DNA of 32,000 nucleotides from Candidatus Saccharimonadota bacterium (GTDB lineage Bacteria; Bacteroidota; Bacteroidia; Cytophagales; Amoebophilaceae): NCBI RefSeq assembly GCF_965196625.1, contig NZ_OZ239769.1, positions 240,001 to 272,000 of the forward strand, read 5' to 3'. Shown piece by piece: positions 9,548 to 18,007 of this stretch (position 1 is its first letter; each line of letters starts with the position of its first letter). The notes under the pieces were generated by a model. It saw only the letters and a program-made list of their open reading frames with translations, ran no database searches and was not told where the DNA came from. The position numbers and the translations under genes were made by a program.

Positions 9548-10363
9548 ATGCAAAAAGATTATATCCAATATATACATTATTCCAGGCAACTTATTTTTAC
9601 TTTAGGATTGTTTGGTATTATACTTTTTAGTGGAGCTGCTTGTTTTCAGGCATTTCAAGAAAAGTATTGGTCAAAGACCAGCAATGAGCAGCAAGCAATG
9701 CTTCAAAAACCAGATAGTAACCCTGAGCAAAAAGATTTCGATCACGATACATTCGTTCATGAGCACGATGACCTGACCCCAGACCCAGATAAAAAAAAAG
9801 GGGATATAGGGGAAGATCCATCAGATCAAGTTGATAAAGCAGCAAACGATGAAAAGCCATGGGGTAGCGCTGGTTATAACCCGGATAGATTATTGAAAGG
9901 AAATGATTGTAGTCAAGATTTTGCTCCACCTCATTCATATAGTAGCCATACATCTGAATCATCTATGGATGGAGGTGTACATGAGGCGCCGAACCTAAAA
10001 ACGCCAGAGCAAACGCTGGAGCAAACGGACAAGCAGGAGCCTTCCCACACGCTAGATGGATCACCGAACTTAAGGGAGAACAAGGATCTAATGGAGCATG
10101 GGGGACCAGAGGTGGTCCCTGCTGTACCGATCGATAATATTGACCTTAAAGAAAAAAAGGAAGAGAAAGAAGAGGAAGAAAAAGGAGGAAAAAAAGCAAG
10201 GCAAGTAGTCTCTGCTGAATCGAACGATCAGGCTGATATTGAAGAAGAAGTGACTACTGGATCGAATAATCATATGCATATTGAAACAGAGGAAGCAGGG
10301 ACTACTCAATCAAATGATCATGCTGATATTGAAAAAGAGGCAGAAGAAAGCTCATCCTGGTAG
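9548..10363 (+). CDS. Hypothetical acidic low-complexity protein with N-terminal TM segment and C-terminal imperfect tandem repeats
   Basis: 271-aa ORF. Hydrophobic segment LIFTLGLFGIILFSGAACFQAF, then a D/E/K/P/S-rich sequence, a KEKKEEKEEEEKGGKK stretch and three imperfect 14-16-aa repeats (SNDQADIEEEVTTG / SNNHMHIETEEAGTTQ / SNDHADIEKEAEES). I do not recognise a family. Confidence 0.55.
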   Translation: MQKDYIQYIHYSRQLIFTLGLFGIILFSGAACFQAFQEKYWSKTSNEQQAMLQKPDSNPEQKDFDHDTFVHEHDDLTPDPDKKKGDIGEDPSDQVDKAANDEKPWGSAGYNPDRLLKGNDCSQDFAPPHSYSSHTSESSMDGGVHEAPNLKTPEQTLEQTDKQEPSHTLDGSPNLRENKDLMEHGGPEVVPAVPIDNIDLKEKKEEKEEEEKGGKKARQVVSAESNDQADIEEEVTTGSNNHMHIETEEAGTTQSNDHADIEKEAEESSSW

Positions 10364-10413
10364 GGTGCTTGCATGAAGAAAGGCTCTTTCAAATTCAGCT
10401 ACAAACCAATTTT

Positions 10414-13400
10414 CTACCAAAATTTCTTAGTATAAGCAAAGCTGATACCAAAAAGCGCTAAGCTCGAGATGCTGTTTAAGGGTTGTTGATACAGCTTAGC
10501 ATGCATGTTGTGGGCTTTTGAAATGCGATAGGCAATTTCCCAATCATTTATAAAACGAGAATACCCGCCCACTGTACTGGACAGTTTAAGATCCTCTGAT
10601 AACAGCAGATAACTTACCTTAATACTGGTTTTTTGCAAAAAACTCTGATTTTTAGATTTATTCATACCTAAATCGGTTTCTATCTCTAGGTTGTGGTTGA
10701 TTTTAGATACTAAATTTTGTATCCTTTGAGAAAGAAAATCATTTATACTATTGCTTATTGCATCCCATATATCCATTCTTTCCTCATTATAGACTCTTTT
10801 GGCTATTAACAGACTTAAAATTTGTTTGTTGAGGTAGTATTTATCCAATAAAGCCTTTGAGGCACATTTTTCTAACTCAGTATTTACGTCAGAATTCATA
10901 CTTTTTACTGGAAAGAAAAGTTGATAAGCAATATGTGGATGGGCCAGTGTTCCATATGCAGAAAGGGCAATTTCTACTGGAATCGGTCGCTTATGGTTGC
11001 TGTCATGACAAAACTCTGCTATAGCGGTTTGCCTGTAGGATGCGTTAATATGAGCAATCCCTTCTTGGGGATAGCCATTAAAATTAACCTGACTATTAGG
11101 TGAAATGGTAAATGTTTTTTGAATGAGATTATAAACAGAAACCGTATAAGTACCACTTTCAAAGAGGTAATTCCCCATTACATATGGCTTGCGATTGGTA
11201 CCTACTTCTAGTTGAATTGCTCCGGTGCCTTGACCTTGTAAGATATCGTTTGCATGGTTATAGGAGCCAAACAATACTTGCGCTTTTATAGTAGGTAATA
11301 TGGTTAGGTCAAGGATGAGTTTAATGGTGGATCGATCTTCATTTCTCGAGGTTTTATCTGGCTGTTTTTGCGCTTTGTTATAAACAAATTGTACCAATCT
11401 TGTGGTATTCTCTATGTCTTCTTTACCGTGTGCAACAATCGTAAAGGTTCCTCGATCGGTTGTGGCTTTTATTTTAAGAAGTAAATCATAGATAGAACCT
11501 TCCATGTGTAACGTCCCAGTGGCATATAGGTCTCCATAAAAGTCAGGATTATGTGTACGGGTAGTGTGCAACAGATGGAAGGCTTCCATATCGCCTGAAA
11601 GCATTAACGGACATTCATCTTGTATCGTTATATGGCCAGATAAAATGGCATGCCCTGATGCGTCATCATAAAGATCCAATTGGTTAACGTATAAACGATT
11701 GTCTTGGACCTTGATAGCGCCTGCAACTTGGTAGCAGGTATTCAAATAATTAATTTTAAATCTTCCTTTATCTATTGTTCCTCTACCATTTAGCTTCGGG
11801 GCAGCCAAACTACCTCCTAATTGAAACTGACCACTTAGGTTGCCGCTTATATCTGAACAAACAGATGCAAAGAAAAGATTCAATAGGCTCAGATCCATTT
11901 GGTTGAATGTAGTGGTAAGGAATAGGTTATCAGAGGGTTTCATAAGATGATAGCAACCATCTATTTGCAGCAATGGTTGATCCTTTTTCTGGAGCATGCC
12001 TTCTAGTACCAGTTTATTTTCTAATACATTCCAGTCTACTTTTGTGCTAAAAGTGCCTACAGCATAGTCTTGAATGACAACATCTTTTAGTGTTAATCTA
12101 CCCGTTGCTATGATCTGATCTTTTTGAAGATGGGCTACTAACCTAGTCTCTATTATACCGCTAAGCGGCCCTACTGCTGAAGCGCAGTTTAATGCAAGAT
12201 GGCGTATGGTGCAGTGTAAAGGATCTTTTGTTGCCGACTGAGTCAGTTTACCACCTATGCAAATGGCCGATTGGCCACTCGTTATAGATAAATTTCCAAT
12301 CGATATTTCTGATTTCGAAATAAAACTACTGCCTTCTGTTTGTATAGTCCATAGTTGTTTTTGAGTGGTTAACCTAGAAGGGAGCAGGTCAACTTGTATG
12401 GCATCACCCGTAAGCCTACCCAAACAGTCTATAGAGAGATGGTCATAATGATTGGATAATCTACTCGAAATAAAAAAATCATTTTTATGCATGCGCAACT
12501 GAAAGTGTAAGTGATCTGTTTGAAATACTTCATGCCAATCTTGCTTGTCTGAGGAAATATATAACTGAACCAATCGTTTTTTAGCATCCACGAGATGCGC
12601 AACATTTAATTTTACTTTTATGTTTTCCAAGCTAAACTTCTTAAAAGAAAGATTCGAAGCAGCAGGTAGATCAAAAGAAAAATGATAATCTTGATCATAG
12701 GCAAAATGACCCAAAAAGTTTGCACCAGCGGATATATGCAAATCATCTGAAAACCAATTTAAAATTCGAAATATCTTTTTACAGTTGATGGCATAATCTA
12801 GATGAAACTGAGCAGGGGCAGAGGTTGGGGCCAAGTCTACTGGATTTTTAAGTCGTGTGACGAGCTGCCTTATATGGCTGGCCAGGTCATTGATCGTAAA
12901 AATCCCTTGTATCCTACAGTCTACAAGGGGGGAGGTAAGGGTTAATAAATCTTTGTGCCCATCTTCTATAGCATGTAAAACAATCTTTTTGCAAGCTACT
13001 TTTTTTCCCAATCTTTGGGCAGCACATTCATTCAAAATAATTTTTCCTCGTGGGCGTTTAGTGAATATATCTCTGATTTTGAATGAAAATTTTGTACTAA
13101 GTGACAAGGGAACTGAGGAAAGACCAAGTTTTTCTAGATGGAGCTGTTCTATGATTCCATCTGCCTTTAAACTTTTTTGGCGGGCCATATGATAACTACC
13201 CGCTGCAGTTAGCCTTGCATGGGTATCTTTGCTATGTAACTTAAACGCCACGATCGCATTAGCAACGGTACAGGAGGCCTCTATCTCTTTATAGTTATAA
13301 TGATTGATCTGAATTTCTGTTAAATTAGCTCGTGCATCTAGGGTATTGAGGCGCGCTCCCTGAACTTTTACCGCAACTGTTCCTGAAAGGGATTGAATCG

Positions 13401-14634
13401 GCAACACGGGTAGTATGGAATCTAAGGCAACCTTATGCAGCATTATTGTTCCGGTTAAATTTTGTATGGATTTACCTAAATGGTAGAGGGTTAGCTCAGT
13501 TTGTATAGCACCTAGATTGGTAGTAATATCTCCAGTTAGTTTGGCTTTTTGGGTGTTCCCAAACAGTGTAGCACGAACGATGCGGATATATTGTAATGTA
13601 GTGGGACATGCTGCTGGCTTTTTGGGCAGGTCATCCAGATAGACCTTACCCGCTTGCACGAAGAGATCTACATCGACGCCATTATAGGAACCTGTACTTT
13701 GAATACAACTACCTCTAAAAGCGAGTCTACAGTTTTTCCATACTATGGCATGAGGGGTTAAAGAGAGGGCACCATCTAGCTTATATAGTGTATCAGTGCC
13801 CTTAAAAAAAGCGAAAAACCTACTTAATTCAATTGAAGATAAGACTGTCTTATGCAAGATGGCATCTAATGCAAGATCCTTATAGTGGGCCAAAAGGGAG
13901 TCTTGTTTGGTGTGCTGCAGTGTAAAGTCGCCTTGTAGCATACTATATTTTGTAACCACGTGACAACCCTTAAGCACTACACGATCAGGTGTAATCTTAA
14001 ATTGGGCCATGAGGTTTTTACATACCAGGGGTATATCACTTGTTTCTTGGTACGAAAAGGTGGTGAGGTTACCTGAGTGATGGTCTGAAGCGGAAAAGAA
14101 ATGGTTTATAGCTAGATTTATATTTTCTACTTTAATCTCTTGCTTTTTTATTGGGTTATGGTAATATAGATTGATATTATGTAGTTGAATGGTATCTATA
14201 GAGAGATCTGTACTGGCTTCTGGTACAAAGGGTAGTATAACCTTGGTATAAAACGCGGCCATATTAAAACTTTGCTCGCTATTTTTTTCTAGGTACAATT
14301 GGCCTCCCGTAACTGAAACAGCATGGATCATATCGGGTCTTAGCAAACATAAACTAAATAGATTGAGTCTACCCTTACATTTATGCATGGTAAATAGGGG
14401 TTTATCTTCAGGGTCTGTAACGGTTATATGCTCCAATGCAATATGGCGAAACCAGGTAAAGCGAAATGCATCACACTGAATATGGTAACCGGTTTTTTTA
14501 TGCAGGTAACCAGTTAGACTATCCATCAGTTGTTGCTGTACCACAGGTAGGTGCAACACAGCCAATAGGACTACTGGTAGTAGGGCTACAGCGCACAATA
14601 GATTTCTAAATGGCTTTAAAGACCATTTCTTCAT
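10414..14634 (-). CDS. tamB: TamB-like translocation and assembly module protein (DUF490 family), N-terminally anchored
   Basis: Giant ORF, 1416 aa from a TTG at 14664. The ATG at 14634 (MKKWSLKPFRNLLCAVALLPVVLLAVL) is the more plausible start. It has a single N-terminal hydrophobic anchor and a long beta-rich body. The C-terminal region (GTNRKPYVMGNYLFESGTYTVSVYN...FTISPNSQVNFNGYPQEGIAHINASY) resembles the DUF490 end of TamB. Confidence 0.72.
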   Translation of the reverse strand: MKKWSLKPFRNLLCAVALLPVVLLAVLHLPVVQQQLMDSLTGYLHKKTGYHIQCDAFRFTWFRHIALEHITVTDPEDKPLFTMHKCKGRLNLFSLCLLRPDMIHAVSVTGGQLYLEKNSEQSFNMAAFYTKVILPFVPEASTDLSIDTIQLHNINLYYHNPIKKQEIKVENINLAINHFFSASDHHSGNLTTFSYQETSDIPLVCKNLMAQFKITPDRVVLKGCHVVTKYSMLQGDFTLQHTKQDSLLAHYKDLALDAILHKTVLSSIELSRFFAFFKGTDTLYKLDGALSLTPHAIVWKNCRLAFRGSCIQSTGSYNGVDVDLFVQAGKVYLDDLPKKPAACPTTLQYIRIVRATLFGNTQKAKLTGDITTNLGAIQTELTLYHLGKSIQNLTGTIMLHKVALDSILPVLPIQSLSGTVAVKVQGARLNTLDARANLTEIQINHYNYKEIEASCTVANAIVAFKLHSKDTHARLTAAGSYHMARQKSLKADGIIEQLHLEKLGLSSVPLSLSTKFSFKIRDIFTKRPRGKIILNECAAQRLGKKVACKKIVLHAIEDGHKDLLTLTSPLVDCRIQGIFTINDLASHIRQLVTRLKNPVDLAPTSAPAQFHLDYAINCKKIFRILNWFSDDLHISAGANFLGHFAYDQDYHFSFDLPAASNLSFKKFSLENIKVKLNVAHLVDAKKRLVQLYISSDKQDWHEVFQTDHLHFQLRMHKNDFFISSRLSNHYDHLSIDCLGRLTGDAIQVDLLPSRLTTQKQLWTIQTEGSSFISKSEISIGNLSITSGQSAICIGGKLTQSATKDPLHCTIRHLALNCASAVGPLSGIIETRLVAHLQKDQIIATGRLTLKDVVIQDYAVGTFSTKVDWNVLENKLVLEGMLQKKDQPLLQIDGCYHLMKPSDNLFLTTTFNQMDLSLLNLFFASVCSDISGNLSGQFQLGGSLAAPKLNGRGTIDKGRFKINYLNTCYQVAGAIKVQDNRLYVNQLDLYDDASGHAILSGHITIQDECPLMLSGDMEAFHLLHTTRTHNPDFYGDLYATGTLHMEGSIYDLLLKIKATTDRGTFTIVAHGKEDIENTTRLVQFVYNKAQKQPDKTSRNEDRSTIKLILDLTILPTIKAQVLFGSYNHANDILQGQGTGAIQLEVGTNRKPYVMGNYLFESGTYTVSVYNLIQKTFTISPNSQVNFNGYPQEGIAHINASYRQTAIAEFCHDSNHKRPIPVEIALSAYGTLAHPHIAYQLFFPVKSMNSDVNTELEKCASKALLDKYYLNKQILSLLIAKRVYNEERMDIWDAISNSINDFLSQRIQNLVSKINHNLEIETDLGMNKSKNQSFLQKTSIKVSYLLLSEDLKLSSTVGGYSRFINDWEIAYRISKAHNMHAKLYQQPLNSISSLALFGISFAYTKKFW

Positions 14635-14685
14635 TTTATGAAAAGGGTTTTGTATGTTTTTCAAAGCAAATTATATCCTCCATCG

Positions 14686-14750
14686 CCCATGGCCGCCGAT
14701 AAAAAATTGGCGCACAGTACAAGCAAGGAAACGAACGATTGTTCAGCGGG
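14686..14750 (-). repeat. Partial repeat unit, inverted relative to the two tandem units that follow
   Basis: The reverse complement ctgaacaatcgttc...gcgccaattttttatcggcggccatggg matches the start of the units at 14804 and 14972 (ctgaacaatcgttcatcag...gcgccaagcttttttatcggcagccatt), with an internal deletion. Confidence 0.65.
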
Positions 14751-14803
14751 GAACATAGAACTTGCCCGCTACGCGTGCTCAAACATGCTATTTTTCTGAT
14801 CCG

Positions 14804-14971
14804 CTGAACAACCGCTCGTCAGACAACTACAAGGTTACTGGAGCACCAAGCTTTTTATCAACGGGCATTCGCTCTTTAACTTAACGCAATGGGAACAACC
14901 GCCCATTAAAACGATAAATTGTATTTTATTTGATAATCAATAAAATACACTCATTAAATTGACACCATTGA
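14804..14971 (+). repeat. Repeat unit 1 (about 168 bp) of a tandem/dispersed non-coding repeat family
   Basis: ctgaacaaccgctcgtcagacaactacaaggttactggagcaccaagctttttatcaacgggcatt...ctttaacttaacgcaat...aaccgcccattaaaacgat aligns block by block with unit 2. Confidence 0.75.
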
Positions 14972-15100
14972 CTGAACAATCGTTCATCAGTAAACTACAA
15001 GCTTACTGAAGCGCCAAGCTTTTTTATCGGCAGCCATTAAGTGCTTTAACTTGACACAATTCAAAAAACCGCCTATTGAAACAATTTTTTATAAGGTAAT
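14972..15100 (+). repeat. Repeat unit 2 (3'-truncated or divergent)
   Basis: ctgaacaatcgttcatcagtaaactacaagcttactgaagcgccaagcttttttatcggcagccatt...ctttaacttgacacaat...aaccgcctattgaaacaat. It lies directly adjacent to unit 1, and the unit starts are 168 bp apart. Confidence 0.7.
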
Positions 15101-15457
15101 TATAAGGTTAATCAGCTACAGATCCAATCTTTGATCTACTAAATATTTTATTACCAGATTTGCGCATCACTATTTGCAGGGGAGATAAAAAACAGTGGCG
15201 TCAACTGATTGAGTGTTTCAGTCAACACCATTGCCTAAATGGAGACCAATCTAGCACCAGCTCTATCCAACACTGCTTAACCTGTTTTCCAATAATGCCT
15301 ATAGAAAAAGGTTGCATAAAGGGTGTTTCACTAAATTGGCCCCATTTATTTCGATCCATCTCTGATGCATCCATCCTTTATAATAGATGCGATAACAGGA
15401 TCTTACATTAAGATTGGATCAGCTTTAATAAAATGAAAGAAGACGCCTAGATTTGAG

Positions 15458-15790
15458 TTAATCTTCATCAGAACTTGATCGCGCAAATCTCTTTTTAGCT
15501 GATTCCATCATTTTATCAAAGTATTTTATTTTACCAGAGGGCTCTGGATTAAAATAACATATAACCCTACATTCAGATATCCCATTACCTTGCGCTGATT
15601 TCCCTTTCAAAGCACCGAGATATGGATGCTCTAGTCCAGGCTGAGTAAGAATATTTTGATTAATTTGCGGACCTACTAGATCAGATACATTGCCTAATCC
15701 TTTCTTTGTATGGGCACAAGAAGATAAGCTGCTCAAAGCTAAGAGTCCGATAAATAGCGCTCCGCTAACGTGTATATATTTTTTTTTCAT
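15458..15790 (-). CDS. Small lipoprotein, cassette 1 of a four-member leader-sharing family
   Basis: Read from the ATG at 15790: MKKKYIHVSGALFIGLLALSSLSSC, with lipobox LSSC. The start is ATG followed by A9 and is in frame. The ORF-track start at 15823 is probably upstream read-through. Confidence 0.65.
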   Translation of the reverse strand: MKKKYIHVSGALFIGLLALSSLSSCAHTKKGLGNVSDLVGPQINQNILTQPGLEHPYLGALKGKSAQGNGISECRVICYFNPEPSGKIKYFDKMMESAKKRFARSSSDED

Positions 15791-16010
15791 AATACTAGTA
15801 TTTAATATGCTACAACAAACCATAATCAGAAAGGCGCACCATTGGTGTGGATAAGTCTATCAATATCTATCCATACTGCTTCGCCCCCCTGATTGAGTTT
15901 ATTAAGGCAAAAAACAAACCTTAATAAGAGATAATGGCAGCAAGTTATCCAATTACCTCTTGATTTTGTAGTTACAAATAAATAAATACAATTCCAAATA
16001 AATATGGAGT
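15791..16010 (-). repeat. Conserved upstream non-coding module of the lipoprotein cassettes (copy 1)
   Basis: Aligns by eye with 18118-18335. Shared blocks on the + strand are agta.tttaata.tgctacaa, ctatc.atat, ctgcttc, aaggcaaaaaa.aaacc.taataa.g..a.aatggcagcaa and acaa.taaata.aat.ccaaa.taaa. Confidence 0.7.
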
Positions 16011-16160
16011 ATATGCTAACGATCCATTTACATCTCTATGCTAGAATAGATTTTTCTTAAGCTCCCTCCATTGTCTTCTCCTAAGCAACTTCAACCAATG
16101 CCGTTTCTTAAAAGGAATAGAACGGACATCATCGAATTGATCTATTCCTAATTGGAGTTT

Positions 16161-16583
16161 TCAGTTATAGTTATCTACTTCAGCTGTAGGAATACGGTTA
16201 GTATCGTACAAATCTGCCTTTGATGTTGATCCGTTTGTTGTACCAAATACAAATGGCATTGCTGTTATAGGCATAAAGCTATTGTTAGCCAAATGGGTCG
16301 TATTGAATACGAATGGCCTTTCTCTCATATACCATGATGCCACGATCAGAGCAGGAGAAACCACTACCGTCCACAACACTAGGATGACTAATGGTCCAAA
16401 TTTTTTCAAGTTTTCACTACGCCTTGTTGCTCTTAGATAAAAGGACTGGTGCGATTGCACTTTATCTCTATGAGCGAACGTTTGCTTTGTACGAACACAA
16501 GAAGAGAGGATATGGAAGATTAAAAGCCCAATCAATAGACTTATCCCAACGCATCTATATTTTTTTTCATATTGCAAGGTCAT
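16161..16583 (-). CDS. Lipoprotein-leader membrane protein, cassette 2
   Basis: 140-aa ORF MTLQYEKKYRCVGISLLIGLLIFHILSSC, followed by a hydrophobic segment FGPLVILVLWTVVVSPALIVASW. The family-type ATG at 16570-16568 is followed by A8 and is out of frame. The in-frame ATG at 16583 overlaps the upstream gene's stop (ATGA). Confidence 0.6.
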   Translation of the reverse strand: MTLQYEKKYRCVGISLLIGLLIFHILSSCVRTKQTFAHRDKVQSHQSFYLRATRRSENLKKFGPLVILVLWTVVVSPALIVASWYMRERPFVFNTTHLANNSFMPITAMPFVFGTTNGSTSKADLYDTNRIPTAEVDNYN

Positions 16584-17062
16584 CTAATGGTACGCCACCT
16601 TCGTGGTTTGCCAGCAGGCACTACAGGTTTTTCATTAAGAACCCATTCGCCTGGGTTATTTTTCATCGCATTAAGCATGCGCTGCTCCTGCGTAGTGCTG
16701 CTTATATTATAGGGTATAGCATTTTTATACAGCCCAGTGCTTTTATTTCGATCGACTGATCCTAACGGTGGACCGGCGATTAAATAACTACGATTATTTT
16801 TAGACTGAGTGGGTCGATGTGTATAATCAAAAATGATATACAATATTTCTCCTACAAACATAACAGCAAATAGATATACCACAAAAAAGCACCAAGGACT
16901 AGTCTTTTTCTGACTCGGGTCACTATGCCTGCTATGATCGAATGTCTCGTAGCTATCTTTAGCTTTATACTTTTCTTTGCTTATGCTGGCACAAGAAGAT
17001 AAGGTATTAAAACCTAGTAGCCCAATGCATAGACCTACCTTATATCGTGTATACTTTTTCAT
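16580..17062 (-). CDS. Lipoprotein-leader membrane protein, cassette 3
   Basis: 160-aa ORF MKKYTRYKVGLCIGLLGFNTLSSC (lipobox), followed by a hydrophobic segment SPWCFFVVYLFAVMFVGEILYIIF. The rest of the protein matches no family I recognise. Confidence 0.65.
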   Translation of the reverse strand: MKKYTRYKVGLCIGLLGFNTLSSCASISKEKYKAKDSYETFDHSRHSDPSQKKTSPWCFFVVYLFAVMFVGEILYIIFDYTHRPTQSKNNRSYLIAGPPLGSVDRNKSTGLYKNAIPYNISSTTQEQRMLNAMKNNPGEWVLNEKPVVPAGKPRRWRTIR

Positions 17063-17149
17063 AAGTACTGCTATTTAATGGTATGTTATCACTACGAACA
17101 AGTATTTTTTAAAGCACACCTGACAATCTATTCATATTACGCCCTCTGC

Positions 17150-18007
17150 TTACCGCGCCAGACATGCCTTCTCTGAGTGAAATTTTTCTAAAATTTTTTC
17201 CAAAATATCACTACTAGATGGATCCTTATCATACAGGCACTTTACATAGGATTTCGGACTTTTAAAACATCCACCTTCTTTGCACGGATCTGCACCTTTT
17301 TGCAGCAACAGATCCATGATCTGCTCCGCCTGGATACGCTCACGTTCAGACATGCGCCGACTCATCCTTTCTGATATGGCGAATAGGCTTGTGAGCCCAT
17401 CAGTACTTTGTGCATGCACATTTGCCCCATTATTTAGTAGGAATTGAACATCAGATGGATCTCCAATGTATGATGCGCCCATCAATAAACAAGCCCTTTG
17501 CCGGTTCGTTGCATTTACATTTAGGCCTTTAGCAAGCCAATATTTTATCCTTTTTTTCGAAAAATGATGCACAATAAGGTCTCGCATGATCTGTTCATCC
17601 AAAACCATAGGGTCTTTTACCTGATCTATAGCATCATTTGTACCCCATTTTTCTTCGCCATCTTTTATGGCCTTACCAATAGATGCTTCTAATTCAGGCG
17701 TCCTATTGTAGGACACAACACTTGCATTCCAACCGGCTGACATAAGTGGCACACGGGTAGTTGCACCAATATGATGATGCACATCCAGATTAGATCTATT
17801 GAATGGATTTAGGGCATAACCAAGGTCCTGATCAAGCCCCCAACTAGAGAGCGAGATTAAGGCTAACATTGCTACCGTAACGCCACCAATGACCCCACAT
17901 CCTGCCCCGAATATATAACACATAGTTTTTGCTAGATGGCTACTCGAGTTTCTTTGCACGACAGAATGGCCGTCAAATTCTAGTAGATCTGGCTTCTGGC
18001 TATGCAT
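17150..18007 (-). CDS. Ankyrin-repeat membrane protein, cassette 4 (as annotated it lacks its lipoprotein leader)
   Basis: 285-aa ORF with a hydrophobic segment MCYIFGAGCGVIGGVTVAMLALISL. ANK-like repeats are present (IKYWLAKGLNVNATNRQRACLLMGASYIGDPSDVQFLLNNGANVHAQSTDGLTSLFAI...IMDLLLQKGADP). The reading frame stays open upstream to 18124. Confidence 0.75.
   Translation of the reverse strand: MHSQKPDLLEFDGHSVVQRNSSSHLAKTMCYIFGAGCGVIGGVTVAMLALISLSSWGLDQDLGYALNPFNRSNLDVHHHIGATTRVPLMSAGWNASVVSYNRTPELEASIGKAIKDGEEKWGTNDAIDQVKDPMVLDEQIMRDLIVHHFSKKRIKYWLAKGLNVNATNRQRACLLMGASYIGDPSDVQFLLNNGANVHAQSTDGLTSLFAISERMSRRMSERERIQAEQIMDLLLQKGADPCKEGGCFKSPKSYVKCLYDKDPSSSDILEKILEKFHSEKACLAR

Noticed and set aside
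14686-15100. Considered whether the repeat cluster is a CRISPR array.
   Set aside because: The units are about 168 bp long, contiguous rather than separated by unique spacers, divergent from each other, and one is inverted. No cas genes are nearby.
15121-15420. A 300-bp segment bounded by a perfect 11-bp inverted repeat (gatccaatctt / aagattggatc). It contains the 83-aa ORF 15160..15411 and a 51-codon minus-strand ORF. It could be a MITE or a gene remnant.
   Set aside because: By rough expectation, an 11-bp inverted repeat within a few hundred bp should occur a few times by chance in 32 kb. There is no flanking target duplication. Neither ORF has a recognisable motif. It might be decayed DNA, but I cannot support a call.
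16113-16149. aggaataga-N19-tctattcct inverted repeat just downstream of cassette 2, as a possible terminator.
   Set aside because: The stem is AT-rich, the loop is 19 nt and the T-run is only 3-4 nt. It is too weak to call.
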